A DNA stretch of 53,048 bases from Rhizobium sp. Q54 (GTDB lineage Bacteria > Pseudomonadota > Alphaproteobacteria > UBA828). Below the pieces are notes generated by a model. It was not told the origin of the DNA. It was given only the letters and a program-made list of their open reading frames with translations, and did not search any database. This document shows, one piece after another, positions 1-9,731 of the stretch (position 1 is its first letter; every line of letters starts with the position of its first letter). The stretch is from the NCBI GenBank assembly GCA_945902735.1, contig CAMDNF010000004.1, positions 1-53,048 on the forward strand, written 5' to 3'. Both the position numbers and the translations under genes were made by a program.

Positions 1-91
1 TCGCGCCCAGCCGGCTGGCCACCGCGGCGATGCTCAGGCCTGCGGCGCCCCCGCCAATGATGCAAAGATCGGGCTCTAGGGCCTGCCGCAC
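1..91 (-). CDS. N-terminus of an FAD-dependent pyridine nucleotide-disulfide oxidoreductase (dihydrolipoamide dehydrogenase/mercuric reductase-like); continues beyond the left edge
   Basis: Not in the ORF track. Minus strand from GTG at 91 reads VRQALEPDLCIIGGGAAGLSIAAVASRLGA, a Rossmann GxGxxG FAD-binding start; AAGGA SD-like motif upstream. Confidence 0.8.
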   Translation of the reverse strand, partial: MRQALEPDLCIIGGGAAGLSIAAVASRLGA

Positions 92-236
92 GAGTTATCC
101 TTGCTTGAATTCACCGGCACTATATTGACGCCCCTGAAAGCCACGACGCAGGGGCGGGCCGCCAAAAATCGCATGGCTAAGACCACCATTCGAGGCAAAC
201 GCGCGCCCGGTAGCGGTGTCAACGCCCGTTCAACCA

Positions 237-265
237 TTGACTAGAAATGCCCGGACCCTTATAGA
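237..265 (+). promoter_or_regulatory. Sigma70-type promoter of the rpmH operon
   Basis: TTGACT (237-242), 17 nt, TATAGA (260-265), about 50 nt upstream of rpmH. Confidence 0.65.
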
Positions 266-316
266 ACACCGCTCTCCGCCGCCCGCTGGGGGCCGACTAG
301 CTTTGGAGCCACGCGC

Positions 317-451
317 GTGAAGCGTCCTTATCAGCCGAGCCGGCTCGTCCGCAAGCGGCGTCATGGTTTTCGTAGCCGGATGAAGACGGTGGGCGGTCGC
401 GTCGTGTTGGCGCGGCGCCGCGCCAAGGGGCGCAAGCGGCTTTCGGCCTAA
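317..451 (+). CDS. rpmH: 50S ribosomal protein L34
   Basis: Not in the ORF track. GTG start after GGAG; translates [44 protein letters not shown] (44 aa), the canonical L34 pattern. Confidence 0.98.
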   Translation: MKRPYQPSRLVRKRRHGFRSRMKTVGGRVVLARRRAKGRKRLSA

Positions 452-455
452 GGCC

Positions 456-911
456 ATGAAGCCGCGGATCGCGCGCTTGACGCGCCGGTCCGAATTCCTC
501 CGCGCAGCCTCGGCGGGTCGGAAATGGGCCGCGCGCGGCCTTGTTCTACAGGCAATTGCCAGCGCCCCCGGTTCAGACGGCCTAGCGACATCCGAAGCGT
601 TTGCAATCGGTTATACCGCGAGCCGTCGGGTTGGCGGCGCGGTAGAGCGCAACCGGGCCAAGCGTCGATTGCGTGAGGCGGTGGCCCGTGTTATGCCCTC
701 GCACGCCGTTCGGGGCTATGATTATGTGCTGATCGCCCGGCCGGAAACGCTCTTGCGCCCGTTCGAGGCTTTGGTCGGCGATCTGATGATAGCGCTGGGC
801 CGCCTTGGACTGGACCGCGAGGGTCCACAGGGCGATCCGGGGGGCGGGCCGAACAGGGCGCGTCGCCCGAAATCGGCGTCTCACACTGAATCCGGGGCCG
901 TGAAGGAATGA
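456..911 (+). CDS. rnpA: Ribonuclease P protein component
   Basis: [30 protein letters not shown] (RNR motif), DYVLIAR; canonical position after rpmH. Confidence 0.96.
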   Translation: MKPRIARLTRRSEFLRAASAGRKWAARGLVLQAIASAPGSDGLATSEAFAIGYTASRRVGGAVERNRAKRRLREAVARVMPSHAVRGYDYVLIARPETLLRPFEALVGDLMIALGRLGLDREGPQGDPGGGPNRARRPKSASHTESGAVKE

Positions 912-1174
912 ACCCGCTGGTGCTTCTCGCGCAGGCGCTAATCCGCCTCTATCAGCTCGTCGTCTCGCCCTATTTGCCGGCGAGCTGCCGCTATGCGCCG
1001 TCCTGCTCGCATTATGCGGCTGAGGCGCTGAGCCGTCATGGGCTCGTCATCGGCACCGGCCTTTCGCTTTACCGGCTGGTGCGTTGCGTACCCTGGGGTG
1101 GTTCTGGCTTTGATCCGGTTCCCCCGGCACCACTTTTCAGGCGCAGTCGCGCCGCTTCGCGCGCGGCGCGTTGA
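908..1174 (+). CDS. yidD: Membrane protein insertion efficiency factor YidD
   Basis: LIRLYQ...[11 protein letters not shown]...[14 protein letters not shown]; lies between rnpA and yidC. Confidence 0.96.
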   Translation: MNPLVLLAQALIRLYQLVVSPYLPASCRYAPSCSHYAAEALSRHGLVIGTGLSLYRLVRCVPWGGSGFDPVPPAPLFRRSRAASRAAR

Positions 1175-1204
1175 GACCCCTCACAGCGACCGCGATCAAG
1201 CAAC

Positions 1205-3280
1205 ATGTTCGGCGACAATAAGCGCAATCTGGTCATCGCGATCGCCATCTCCTTGGCGATCTTGATCGGCTACCAATTCATCATGCCAAAGCCGGAGCCC
1301 GTGCCGGTGCAGCCTGCGCAAACGTCGCAAGGCCCGAGCGCACCCGATAGCGAAGCGAAAGTGGGCGCCGGAAACGTCGCAACGCCAGCGGGAGAGAAGG
1401 CCGCCGAAACGGTCAAGGATCGCCCCTCGGTCTTGGCCTCGGTCGAGCGCATCAAGATCGAAGCGCCGCGCATCCACGGCTCAATCGCCTTGACCGGTGC
1501 GCGTTTCGACGATTTGACGCTCAAGGAATATCGCGAGACGCTCGACCCCAACAGCCCCGAGATCGTGTTGCTTTCGCCGAGCGGCACCGAACACCCTTAT
1601 TTCGTTGAATTCGGTTGGATTGCCGAGGGCACTGGAATCGCCGTGCCCGATGCCAAGACCGTCTGGCAGCCCGACCGCGAAACGTTGACGCCCGAGACGC
1701 CGATTACGCTCAGTTGGGATAACGGTCAGGGCCTGATCTTCTCGCACAAGGTTGCGGTCGATGGCGATTATATGTTTACGGTCACGCAGCGTGTCGAAAA
1801 CAAAGGCACGACGCCCGCGACGCTCTATTCCTTCGGGCAAATCCAGCGGGTCGGCTACCCCTCGAAGCTAGAAGACTACTATGTGTTGCATGAGGGCCCG
1901 CTCGCCGTGCTCAACGGCACGCTGGTCGAGAGCAAATATGGCGAACTGGTCGATACGCTGGGCTGCGCGATCAAGGACACATCGATCGGCGGTTGGCTTG
2001 GCATCACCGACAAATACTGGCTGACCGCGCTAATCCCCGATCAAAGCGCCAAGATATCGGCTCAAATCGGCTCGGCGCTGGGCAGCATTGCCGGCACGTG
2101 CGAGCCGCGCTTCAAGACCAATTATTTGCGCGAGGCGGTCACCGTTCAACCGGGCGCTGCCGCTGAACTGACCGATCGTCTGTTCACCGGCGCCAAGGTC
2201 GTTCAACTCCTCAACCATTATGAGGAGACCATCGGCGTGCCGCGTTTTGACGACGCGGTCGATTTCGGTTGGCTCTGGTTCCTCACCAAGCCAATGTTCC
2301 ACATCATCGATTTCTTCTTCCGCAATGTCGGCAATTTCGGCGTCGCGATTCTGTTGCTCACGGTTTGCGTGCGCATTTTGCTCTTCCCGCTCGCCAACAA
2401 AGCCTATGTCTCGATGAGCAAGATGCGGAAGCTACAGCCAGAAATGCTGAAGCTCCGCGAGCGCCACAAGGACGACAAGGTTCGCTTCCAGCAAGAGACC
2501 ATGGCGCTCTACAAGCGCGAGAAGGCTAACCCGATCGCCGGGTGCTTCCCGATCCTCGTGCAGATCCCGGTGTTCTTCGCGCTTTATAAGGTGCTGCTGG
2601 TCTCGCTCGAAATGCGTCATGCGCCTTTTTTCTGGTGGATTCAGGATCTCTCGGCGCCTGACCCGATGACCTTGATCACCGGCTTTGGCTATCTCGATTG
2701 GCCAGCGCCGGCCTTCTTGATGATCGGCATTTGGCCGATCGTCTATGCCGTCACGCTGTTCCTGCAACAAAAGTTGAACCCGCAGCCGATGGACCCAGTG
2801 CAGGCCAAAATCCTGCTCGCGCTGCCCTTGGTCTTCTTGTTCATGTTCGCGCAATTCCCGGCCGGCCTCGTCATCTATTGGACCTGGAACAACGTGCTCT
2901 CGATCGCCCAGCAATACGCCATCATGCGGCGCATGGGCGTCACCAAGGCGGCGCTTCGAAAGGAGCACGATGAATTGCAAGCCTTGAAGGCCGAGCTCGG
3001 CACCAGCGGTGGCTTGGCCGGGCTGATGGTGGGCGGCGGTTCGAGAGCCACCCAATCGAAGCCGACCCAATCGAAGTCGGCGCAACCGATGAAGGGCCGG
3101 CCGATGACGGCATCCCCCAGCCCCACGGCCGATAAGAAGAACAAGAAGAAGCGCGGCCTCTTCTCCTTCTCCAAGACCGAAAAAGGCAAATCATGGCCGA
3201 AGGACATGCCGGAGGTCGAAACCCGCCAGATGCGCCGGGCCAAGGGACGCAGCAAACCGACGAGCAGGCGGCCCTCTTAG
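1205..3280 (+). CDS. yidC: Membrane protein insertase YidC with a long basic C-terminal tail
   Basis: N-terminal TM, periplasmic domain (GGWLGITDKYW), DFGWLWFLTKP, GNFGVAILLLT, AGCFPILVQIPVFFALY, WIQDLSAPDP, GLVIYWTWNN. Confidence 0.97.
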   Translation: MFGDNKRNLVIAIAISLAILIGYQFIMPKPEPVPVQPAQTSQGPSAPDSEAKVGAGNVATPAGEKAAETVKDRPSVLASVERIKIEAPRIHGSIALTGARFDDLTLKEYRETLDPNSPEIVLLSPSGTEHPYFVEFGWIAEGTGIAVPDAKTVWQPDRETLTPETPITLSWDNGQGLIFSHKVAVDGDYMFTVTQRVENKGTTPATLYSFGQIQRVGYPSKLEDYYVLHEGPLAVLNGTLVESKYGELVDTLGCAIKDTSIGGWLGITDKYWLTALIPDQSAKISAQIGSALGSIAGTCEPRFKTNYLREAVTVQPGAAAELTDRLFTGAKVVQLLNHYEETIGVPRFDDAVDFGWLWFLTKPMFHIIDFFFRNVGNFGVAILLLTVCVRILLFPLANKAYVSMSKMRKLQPEMLKLRERHKDDKVRFQQETMALYKREKANPIAGCFPILVQIPVFFALYKVLLVSLEMRHAPFFWWIQDLSAPDPMTLITGFGYLDWPAPAFLMIGIWPIVYAVTLFLQQKLNPQPMDPVQAKILLALPLVFLFMFAQFPAGLVIYWTWNNVLSIAQQYAIMRRMGVTKAALRKEHDELQALKAELGTSGGLAGLMVGGGSRATQSKPTQSKSAQPMKGRPMTASPSPTADKKNKKKRGLFSFSKTEKGKSWPKDMPEVETRQMRRAKGRSKPTSRRPS

Positions 3281-3900
3281 AGAGCGGTCGGCTACTTTTT
3301 GCGCAGCCGTGCACGTTTATCTCGGGCGCGGTCGATCTGGGGGGCATACCGAATTCGACACTGCCCGAAATCGCCTTTGCCGGGCGATCGAATGTCGGCA
3401 AGTCGAGCCTGATCAACGCGCTCACCGGGCATGATGGCCTGGCCCGCGTGTCGCACACGCCCGGCCGCACCCAACAGATCAATTTCTTCGACCTTGGCCA
3501 CCGGCTCATGCTGGTCGATCTGCCCGGTTACGGTTATGCAGAGGCCCCCAAGGGCGCGATCAAGGATTGGACCCGCCTCGCCGACCGGTTTTTGCGCGGG
3601 CGCGTTGCCCTCAAGCGCATCGCCCTCCTGATCGATGCCAGGCGCGGCCTCATGGCCGGCGACCGCGCGATCATGACCGGATTTGACGAACGGGCGGTCT
3701 CCTACCTCATGGTGTTGACCAAGGCCGATGCCGTGAAGCCGCCGGCGCTCGCCCGCACCCTGGCGGCCGTGCGCGAGGAAGCAACCCAGCACGTCGCGGC
3801 CTTCCCCGACGCGATCGCCACCAGCGCCCGAACCGGCGCCGGCATCCCCGAACTCCGTGCCCACTTCGCGGCCCTCGCGCTTGGCGCACCCACACGTTAG
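3193..3900 (+). CDS. engB: Ribosome biogenesis GTP-binding protein YihA/YsxC
   Basis: G1 [10 protein letters not shown]2 TPGRT, G3 DLPGYG, G4 TKAD; GRLLFAQ N-terminal motif. Start uncertain; 3193 overlaps yidC. Confidence 0.93.
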   Translation: MAEGHAGGRNPPDAPGQGTQQTDEQAALLESGRLLFAQPCTFISGAVDLGGIPNSTLPEIAFAGRSNVGKSSLINALTGHDGLARVSHTPGRTQQINFFDLGHRLMLVDLPGYGYAEAPKGAIKDWTRLADRFLRGRVALKRIALLIDARRGLMAGDRAIMTGFDERAVSYLMVLTKADAVKPPALARTLAAVREEATQHVAAFPDAIATSARTGAGIPELRAHFAALALGAPTR

Positions 3901-3934
3901 ATTTGCGCCGCCCGCGAGCCCCGGAGAGCGCCTA

Positions 3935-4831
3935 ATGACCATCAGCGACACCAAGGCCTGGCTACGCACCGCCGAGACGATTATCGAGGCGTTGCCCTAT
4001 ATGATCCGCTTCGCGGGCCAAACCATCGTGGTCAAATATGGCGGCCATGCCATGGGCGATGCCGCGCTCGCGCGTAATTTTGCGCTCGATGTCGTACTGC
4101 TGAAACAAGTCGGCATGAACCCGATCGTCGTGCATGGCGGCGGGCCGCAAATCGGCGCCATGCTCGATCGTCTGAAGATCAAGAGCGAATTCATCGATGG
4201 GCTCCGCGTGACCGACGAAGCCACGGTCGAAGTTGTCGAGATGGTGTTGGTCGGTCAGATCAACACTGAGATCGTCGCCTCGATCAATGCCGCCGGCGGT
4301 ACCGCGATTGGCCTATCGGGCAAGGATGGTGATTTGATCCGCGCCGAAAAAGTGACGCGCACCACGCGCGACCCCGATTCCAATATCGAACGTGTCGTCG
4401 ATCTTGGCTTTGTCGGCGAGCCGACCAAGATCAATGACAAAGTGCTCAAGCTGTTTGAACAATCGCATATCATTCCCGTCATCGCGCCAACCGGCGCCGG
4501 CCCAAGTGGCGAAACGCTCAACATCAATGCCGATACAGCGGCCGGTGCGATTGCCGCCGCGACCAACGCCTCGAAGCTCGTGATGTTGACCGATGTCGCC
4601 GGTGTGCTCGATCAAAACAAAAAATTGATCAGTCAAATGACCGCCGCCGAAGCAAAGGAATTACTCCGCAGCGGCGTGGCCACGGGCGGCATGATCCCAA
4701 AACTTGAAACCTGCCTGGCCGCGTTGGCGGACGGCGCCCAGGCCGCGCACATCCTCGATGGACGCATCCCTCATGTGCTGTTGCTCGAGATTTTCACCGA
4801 GCATGGCCTGGGTACGATGATCGTCCCCTGA
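3935..4831 (+). CDS. argB: Acetylglutamate kinase
   Basis: [46 protein letters not shown]; start trimmed to ATG 3935 after GGAG. Confidence 0.96.
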   Translation: MTISDTKAWLRTAETIIEALPYMIRFAGQTIVVKYGGHAMGDAALARNFALDVVLLKQVGMNPIVVHGGGPQIGAMLDRLKIKSEFIDGLRVTDEATVEVVEMVLVGQINTEIVASINAAGGTAIGLSGKDGDLIRAEKVTRTTRDPDSNIERVVDLGFVGEPTKINDKVLKLFEQSHIIPVIAPTGAGPSGETLNINADTAAGAIAAATNASKLVMLTDVAGVLDQNKKLISQMTAAEAKELLRSGVATGGMIPKLETCLAALADGAQAAHILDGRIPHVLLLEIFTEHGLGTMIVP

Positions 4832-4862
4832 CCTGCCGGAGTACGATACCCGGCCCGAGATG

Positions 4863-6122
4863 CTATTCGAGCAGGCTCAGGGATTGCCGCATTTCGGCCG
4901 CGCTGAATGGATAGTCCACGCCGTCCTTGGCATTGATCACCTGGCCCGGCGGAATGCGCGCGATCCGAATCTCGATTTGCTGCGCGGTCCGCATGCCAAT
5001 GCCTGCCTTCCAACAAATCGCGACGATCCGTTTCGCCGTTCGCGCGGCCATCACCTGACGCACGCGCTCGACAGGAATATCGCTTTTGATCGCCAGCGCT
5101 TCGATCAAAAAATCACGATCGCCCCGCACAATCGCATCGGAAATCGCCGCCTCATCAAGTTTGCCGGCCTTGTGCAAATCGGCCACGCGAAGCGCCGGCT
5201 TTCCATCTTCTTTTTCTCCATCGTCGGACAGACGACGATCGATAGCGCGCGCGACTTCGCGTGTCTTTTCAGGTGAAATATCGTGTTTGCTTTCGAGAAT
5301 GGCCAAAAGCGAGGCTGAAACGAATTTCGCGATGCGCGTGATGGCATGCGTCGACAGGTCATCGCGTTCAATCAATGGCTTGTGCCAGATTTCATGCGTC
5401 GGCGCGGCATCGACGATGCGGTCGAGGGTTTCCTCGCGGATTTGAGCACTAGAATTGCCAAGCAATTCCGCGACGGCACGCTCGTCATCGACCGAAACGA
5501 TGGCGTGGGACACATCTCCGCTAATGCCAGCGCGGCGCGAAATGGCCGCCAGCGCGCCTTGCACGGGCCGGCTTCGAATGATCTCGAGCAAATCATCATC
5601 ATTGAGGAGCGGCGAAAACTCGAGAACGGGCGCGCTGACCATGAGTTCAACGTCACGCGCCAATCGCTTGATCAAATCTTTCGGCACGTTCTTGAGGTCA
5701 CGCACCTCTTCCGCGATGATCTGCCTGACCCGCGGCAATTGATCGCGCGCGAGCTGCTGCAAGACATCGAGCGTGAGTTTCTGAACCAGACTCTGCTGGT
5801 CGGAATTTAGCTCTGGGGCAAGCCGCGCGATTTTTTGGGCCAGAATAATACGGACTTCGTCATCGCGGTCCTGCGCCAAAAGCGCATCGGCCTGGCGCGG
5901 TGTTGCTTCATTGCGTGCCACCGCGCGGCGTACAGCGGGCGATTCGTCCTCGGCGAGGAAGTACAGAATTTCCGGCTGAAGGCCGCGCTCATTGGCGATC
6001 TTCTCGCGAGCGGTTAAGTCACCCTCCGCCGCGATACGCTTGGCCGCATCATAATCCAAGCGCGGATCGTCGACACGTCGCGCCGCGCCGTCACGCTTGG
6101 AGAATTTCAACCAGGAAAACAC
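4863..6122 (-). CDS. DUF2336-family helical-repeat protein
   Basis: HEAT-like repeats (LAEDESPAVRRAVARN, LAQDRDDEVRIILA, LARDQLPRVR) and VSAPVLEFSPLLNDDDLLEII...AISRR...AVAELLGNSSAQI, which I recognise as the DUF2336 pattern. Confidence 0.75.
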   Translation of the reverse strand: MFSWLKFSKRDGAARRVDDPRLDYDAAKRIAAEGDLTAREKIANERGLQPEILYFLAEDESPAVRRAVARNEATPRQADALLAQDRDDEVRIILAQKIARLAPELNSDQQSLVQKLTLDVLQQLARDQLPRVRQIIAEEVRDLKNVPKDLIKRLARDVELMVSAPVLEFSPLLNDDDLLEIIRSRPVQGALAAISRRAGISGDVSHAIVSVDDERAVAELLGNSSAQIREETLDRIVDAAPTHEIWHKPLIERDDLSTHAITRIAKFVSASLLAILESKHDISPEKTREVARAIDRRLSDDGEKEDGKPALRVADLHKAGKLDEAAISDAIVRGDRDFLIEALAIKSDIPVERVRQVMAARTAKRIVAICWKAGIGMRTAQQIEIRIARIPPGQVINAKDGVDYPFSAAEMRQSLSLLE

Positions 6123-6124
6123 GT

Positions 6125-7867
6125 CTAGCTCTTTGCGGTGTTCTTGCTCGAAGCGAGCGTGTAACCGCTCTTACCATTGCGCTTCGTGGCATAAAGCGCT
6201 TCATCACCAGCCGCCAACAAAGCTTCTATTTTGGGTAGCGACGAGGCGCTGACAAAGGCCGCGCCGATTGAGAACTTTAGCGGCAGATCAGGACTCGCCG
6301 AATAGGTCGCCAATTCGCTGGTACGCGCTTGGAGTGCCTTGATCTCAGTTTCCATTTTTTCCGGCGAATCACCGTCGATCCAGACCAAAAATTCATCCCC
6401 GCCAAGACGGCCGACGACGCCCCGCTCCCCAACAAACGAGCGTAGTAGCGCGGCAACGGCGCAAAGCGCTTGGTCGCCCTGCGCGTGGCCGAGCTTGTCG
6501 TTGATCGCCTTGAAATTATCGAGGTCGACATAAAGAAAGTATGCATTGCCGCCGGTCTTCGCCGCCGCACCGAGCCGTTGCTCCAACGCCGCCACGACCG
6601 CACGATGATTCAAGAGGCCGGTCAGGCCGTCATTGTTGGCCAGATCAAGGAGCCGCCCATGCGTATCGATCTGTTCGAACGCGATCGCGAGTTGATCCGC
6701 CAAGCCGCTGAGAAGAATGCGATCATCATCGCTCCAGCGACGCCGATCGACCCGCGCGATGGCAACGGCGCCATTGAGTGTGCCGCGATAGTGGGTCGGC
6801 GATGCAAGCGAGGCAACAGTCTCAAACTCCGGGTCACGGTCTTCGGCAATTGCGGTCCGTACCTCGCGGTCTGCAATTTCAGGCGGCATCACCGCCTCGC
6901 CATAGCCGCCGGCACGTTGGAGGACGCCATTCGCGTCGGGCCGATAGATCCAGCACGCCGCGGCGCTTTCCGCCGCCATCAGGGCCTTGCCCGCGGTTTC
7001 AAGGAGACGGCCGGTCTCTACATCATCACGAATGGTCTTGATCATGGTGGCGAGGAGCTGTTCGCGCGCCTGCACGACGGCGAGCGCTTCATCGCGTTTA
7101 CGCTGCTCGGTAATGTCGCGGCACACGCCGCGCGCGCCCATCCACTCGCCTTCTTGAGTGAACATGGGCAGACTCGACGCGATCAGGCAGGCGGGCTCGC
7201 CGTGCGAATCACGTAACCAGACCTCGACCTCCTCGGTCGGTTCGCGTGATTCGAAGGGAAACGGCTCGGGCGTCCGACGCCGACGATCGACGAACGAGCG
7301 CGAGGGCTTACCCACCAAATAGTCGGGCACATAACCAAGCGCGCCGCGCGCCGTCACAAAAGCAAAGCTCCCGCTCTTGTCGGTCTCCCACACAAAATCG
7401 GATGAACACTCGACGAGGTCTTTGTAACGCCGGCGCGATTCGATCAACGCATCACGCAAATTGCGATCGAGCGTGGCATCGCGGCCGAGCGCCAAGAAGG
7501 TCAACCCGACACTGCCCGCCGGCCCCATCGGGATCACGGTCAGATCGATGGCAACGCTCGTCTTCAAATCGCCCAAGCGGAGCAGATTGGACTGCGCCGC
7601 GCCGGCCTCGGCCGCGCGCGCGATCAAGGGGATGGCTTGCGGGCGGAGCGGGCCGTTGAGTGCGGCGGCCAGCGTGGTTGCCTTATCGTTGACCGCCACC
7701 GCCTGACCACCCGAATCGACCAACACGATCGGGCCTGGATAGCCGTTCATGAGCGTACGGCCGAGGTCGGTGTATTCGGGCTGCGCAATGCCGCGGCTGA
7801 TTTCGACGGCCGGCGCCGGCGCGGCCGGCGCAGGCGCTCGCTTTTTGGCGCGTGGGGTATCGCTCAT
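6125..7867 (-). CDS. PAS/PAS/GAF-like sensor diguanylate cyclase
   Basis: PAS (YKDLVECSSDFVWETD...GVCRDITE), GAF-like region, NDGLTGLLNHR, DLDNFKAINDKLGHAQGD, intact GGDEF at 6389-6403; start ATG 7867 after GGAGG. Confidence 0.9.
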   Translation of the reverse strand: MSDTPRAKKRAPAPAAPAPAVEISRGIAQPEYTDLGRTLMNGYPGPIVLVDSGGQAVAVNDKATTLAAALNGPLRPQAIPLIARAAEAGAAQSNLLRLGDLKTSVAIDLTVIPMGPAGSVGLTFLALGRDATLDRNLRDALIESRRRYKDLVECSSDFVWETDKSGSFAFVTARGALGYVPDYLVGKPSRSFVDRRRRTPEPFPFESREPTEEVEVWLRDSHGEPACLIASSLPMFTQEGEWMGARGVCRDITEQRKRDEALAVVQAREQLLATMIKTIRDDVETGRLLETAGKALMAAESAAACWIYRPDANGVLQRAGGYGEAVMPPEIADREVRTAIAEDRDPEFETVASLASPTHYRGTLNGAVAIARVDRRRWSDDDRILLSGLADQLAIAFEQIDTHGRLLDLANNDGLTGLLNHRAVVAALEQRLGAAAKTGGNAYFLYVDLDNFKAINDKLGHAQGDQALCAVAALLRSFVGERGVVGRLGGDEFLVWIDGDSPEKMETEIKALQARTSELATYSASPDLPLKFSIGAAFVSASSLPKIEALLAAGDEALYATKRNGKSGYTLASSKNTAKS

Positions 7868-7871
7868 TCGA

Positions 7872-9542
7872 TCAGCCTCCGAACGGATGTCTGACCGGCG
7901 GCGGACCGAAACGTTCAAGTGTCGCCGGCTTTCCAAATAAGTAACCTTGACCGTGCGTGATGCCTGCTTCGCGCACGACGTCAGCGGCCGTCTCGTCCTC
8001 AACCATTTCCGCGATCGTTGTAATGCCGAGCCCTTCGCACAGAGAGGCGATTGAGTGAATGAACGCGCGGTTAAACGTGGAAATCGCGGCATCACGAATA
8101 AAACTGCCGTCGATTTTCAGAATATCGACATGAAGCGAGCGGAGATATTCGAACGCCGAGGCCCCGACACCAAAATCATCCAGGCAGACTCGAACCTTGT
8201 TCTGCCTAAGGGTTTGCAGTGCGCGATTGACGGCATGAAGGTCGGTGATTTTGGCTGATTCCGTCACCTCAAAGAGCAGATGCGGCGCCAGATCGGGATT
8301 GTGCCGAATACGCGCGATGAGCGCGTCGACAAAACTCGGATTGACGAGCGAGCGACCCGATACGTTGATCGCGATCGACTCTTGACCGATCGGCGCCTTC
8401 GCCATGACGTCCATCACCCGTTCCGCCACGGCAAGATCGAACTCGGCGATGCTGCCAAGCTGTTCGGCCATGGTAATGAATTTATAAGGCGTAACATCGC
8501 CGCGCTCGGGTAGGCGCAGCAAGGCTTCGAAATGGTGCACGCGCCGATTGGTCATATCAACAATCGGCTGGAAGGCCAACGAGAACTGCCCTTCGCCGAT
8601 CGTACGCCGCATCCGGCTCGACCATTCGACGGATTCGGCAAGCATGGCGCGACGGCCATCGCTCAGCCGATCCATCGTGAATTGGCCGGCCGGTGCTTCG
8701 ATGAATTTCTTGAGCGCATAGAGAATTGTTTGCGTCGCCGCCTGCTTGCCGAGGCCGGAAGCGATCACGATGGTTTTCGCGTGTGCCGAAATCTTGCTGT
8801 CGCCCCGATGGAATCGCTTCGCCAACGCATCGATCTCAGCGGCGATCGAGCCAAAGCTTTGATCGGCGGCGTGAACCACACCAATTTTGCCGGCACCGAG
8901 ATAACCAACGTCATCACTGCCCTGCGCATAAAGCCGCAACAAATCGGCGATCGCCGACATAAGCGGCCTGGCGGCCTCGCCATCGGGCGCCGCTGTCGTA
9001 GCAGCCGTACTGTTCAAGGCGATCAAGGTGAGCGCGAGTGGCGCATCACCAATTTGCACGGTGCTCATTCGGCGCGCCACCGCGCGCGCGAAGCGGTTAA
9101 GGTCCGGCTCTCCCGCCATATTGCGCACCAGGTGAGAGGTCATCGCGGGGTCATCCCCCGCACCACGATCGCGAAATGTCAGAAAGATTGAGCCATTGGC
9201 ATCGGCCGGCCGATAGGCACGCAAATCGAGCCGACGCCCAGGCCCTTCACCATCAAGAGCGTGTGCGGAAAGGGTCGAAGACCGCGCGCCAAGTTCAACC
9301 GCCGCCAATGCCGCGTGAATGGCCAAGCGATCATCGGCAGACAACAGACGATAGAAATTCATGCCCTGGAGTTGCTCGACGTCGGAACCCAATAATTCGC
9401 GGCCTGCACCGGCCGCGAAGGTCACCGTGCCAATGGCATCGATCTCGAGCACGAGGTCGGCCGCCGCGAAGGCAAACGCAAAGAAACGGTTGCGCTCGGC
9501 GCGCAGGGTCTCCAGCATCGAATCTTGATCGGTTGTTGGCAT
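7872..9542 (-). CDS. PAS + degenerate GGDEF + EAL c-di-GMP phosphodiesterase
   Basis: FQPIVD, HFEALLR, INVSG, FEVTES, LDDFGVG, LKIDGSF, IAEMVE, QGYLF; central GGDEF-like region reads GAGKI. Confidence 0.88.
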   Translation of the reverse strand: MPTTDQDSMLETLRAERNRFFAFAFAAADLVLEIDAIGTVTFAAGAGRELLGSDVEQLQGMNFYRLLSADDRLAIHAALAAVELGARSSTLSAHALDGEGPGRRLDLRAYRPADANGSIFLTFRDRGAGDDPAMTSHLVRNMAGEPDLNRFARAVARRMSTVQIGDAPLALTLIALNSTAATTAAPDGEAARPLMSAIADLLRLYAQGSDDVGYLGAGKIGVVHAADQSFGSIAAEIDALAKRFHRGDSKISAHAKTIVIASGLGKQAATQTILYALKKFIEAPAGQFTMDRLSDGRRAMLAESVEWSSRMRRTIGEGQFSLAFQPIVDMTNRRVHHFEALLRLPERGDVTPYKFITMAEQLGSIAEFDLAVAERVMDVMAKAPIGQESIAINVSGRSLVNPSFVDALIARIRHNPDLAPHLLFEVTESAKITDLHAVNRALQTLRQNKVRVCLDDFGVGASAFEYLRSLHVDILKIDGSFIRDAAISTFNRAFIHSIASLCEGLGITTIAEMVEDETAADVVREAGITHGQGYLFGKPATLERFGPPPVRHPFGG

Positions 9543-9731
9543 CGGGTGCGCGGCTCAACCCGTTCATCGGGAACCGGAACCGTAGCCCGGCCGCGCTTAA
9601 CAAAGCGTAAGGCGAATTTTGCCCAATGTTAACACGGCGATGAAACCAGGGGTTGTATTTTCTCCGGAGGATATTCGCCGTTCGAGATTTGGGCGCTAGG
9701 CACTCAGGCCCTGAACCCCTAGATTGCCGCC

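Noticed and set aside
9595-9645. CtrA box upstream of the EAL gene
   Set aside because: Only half-sites (TTAAC, GTTAAC); the partner halves are at the wrong spacing or have two mismatches.
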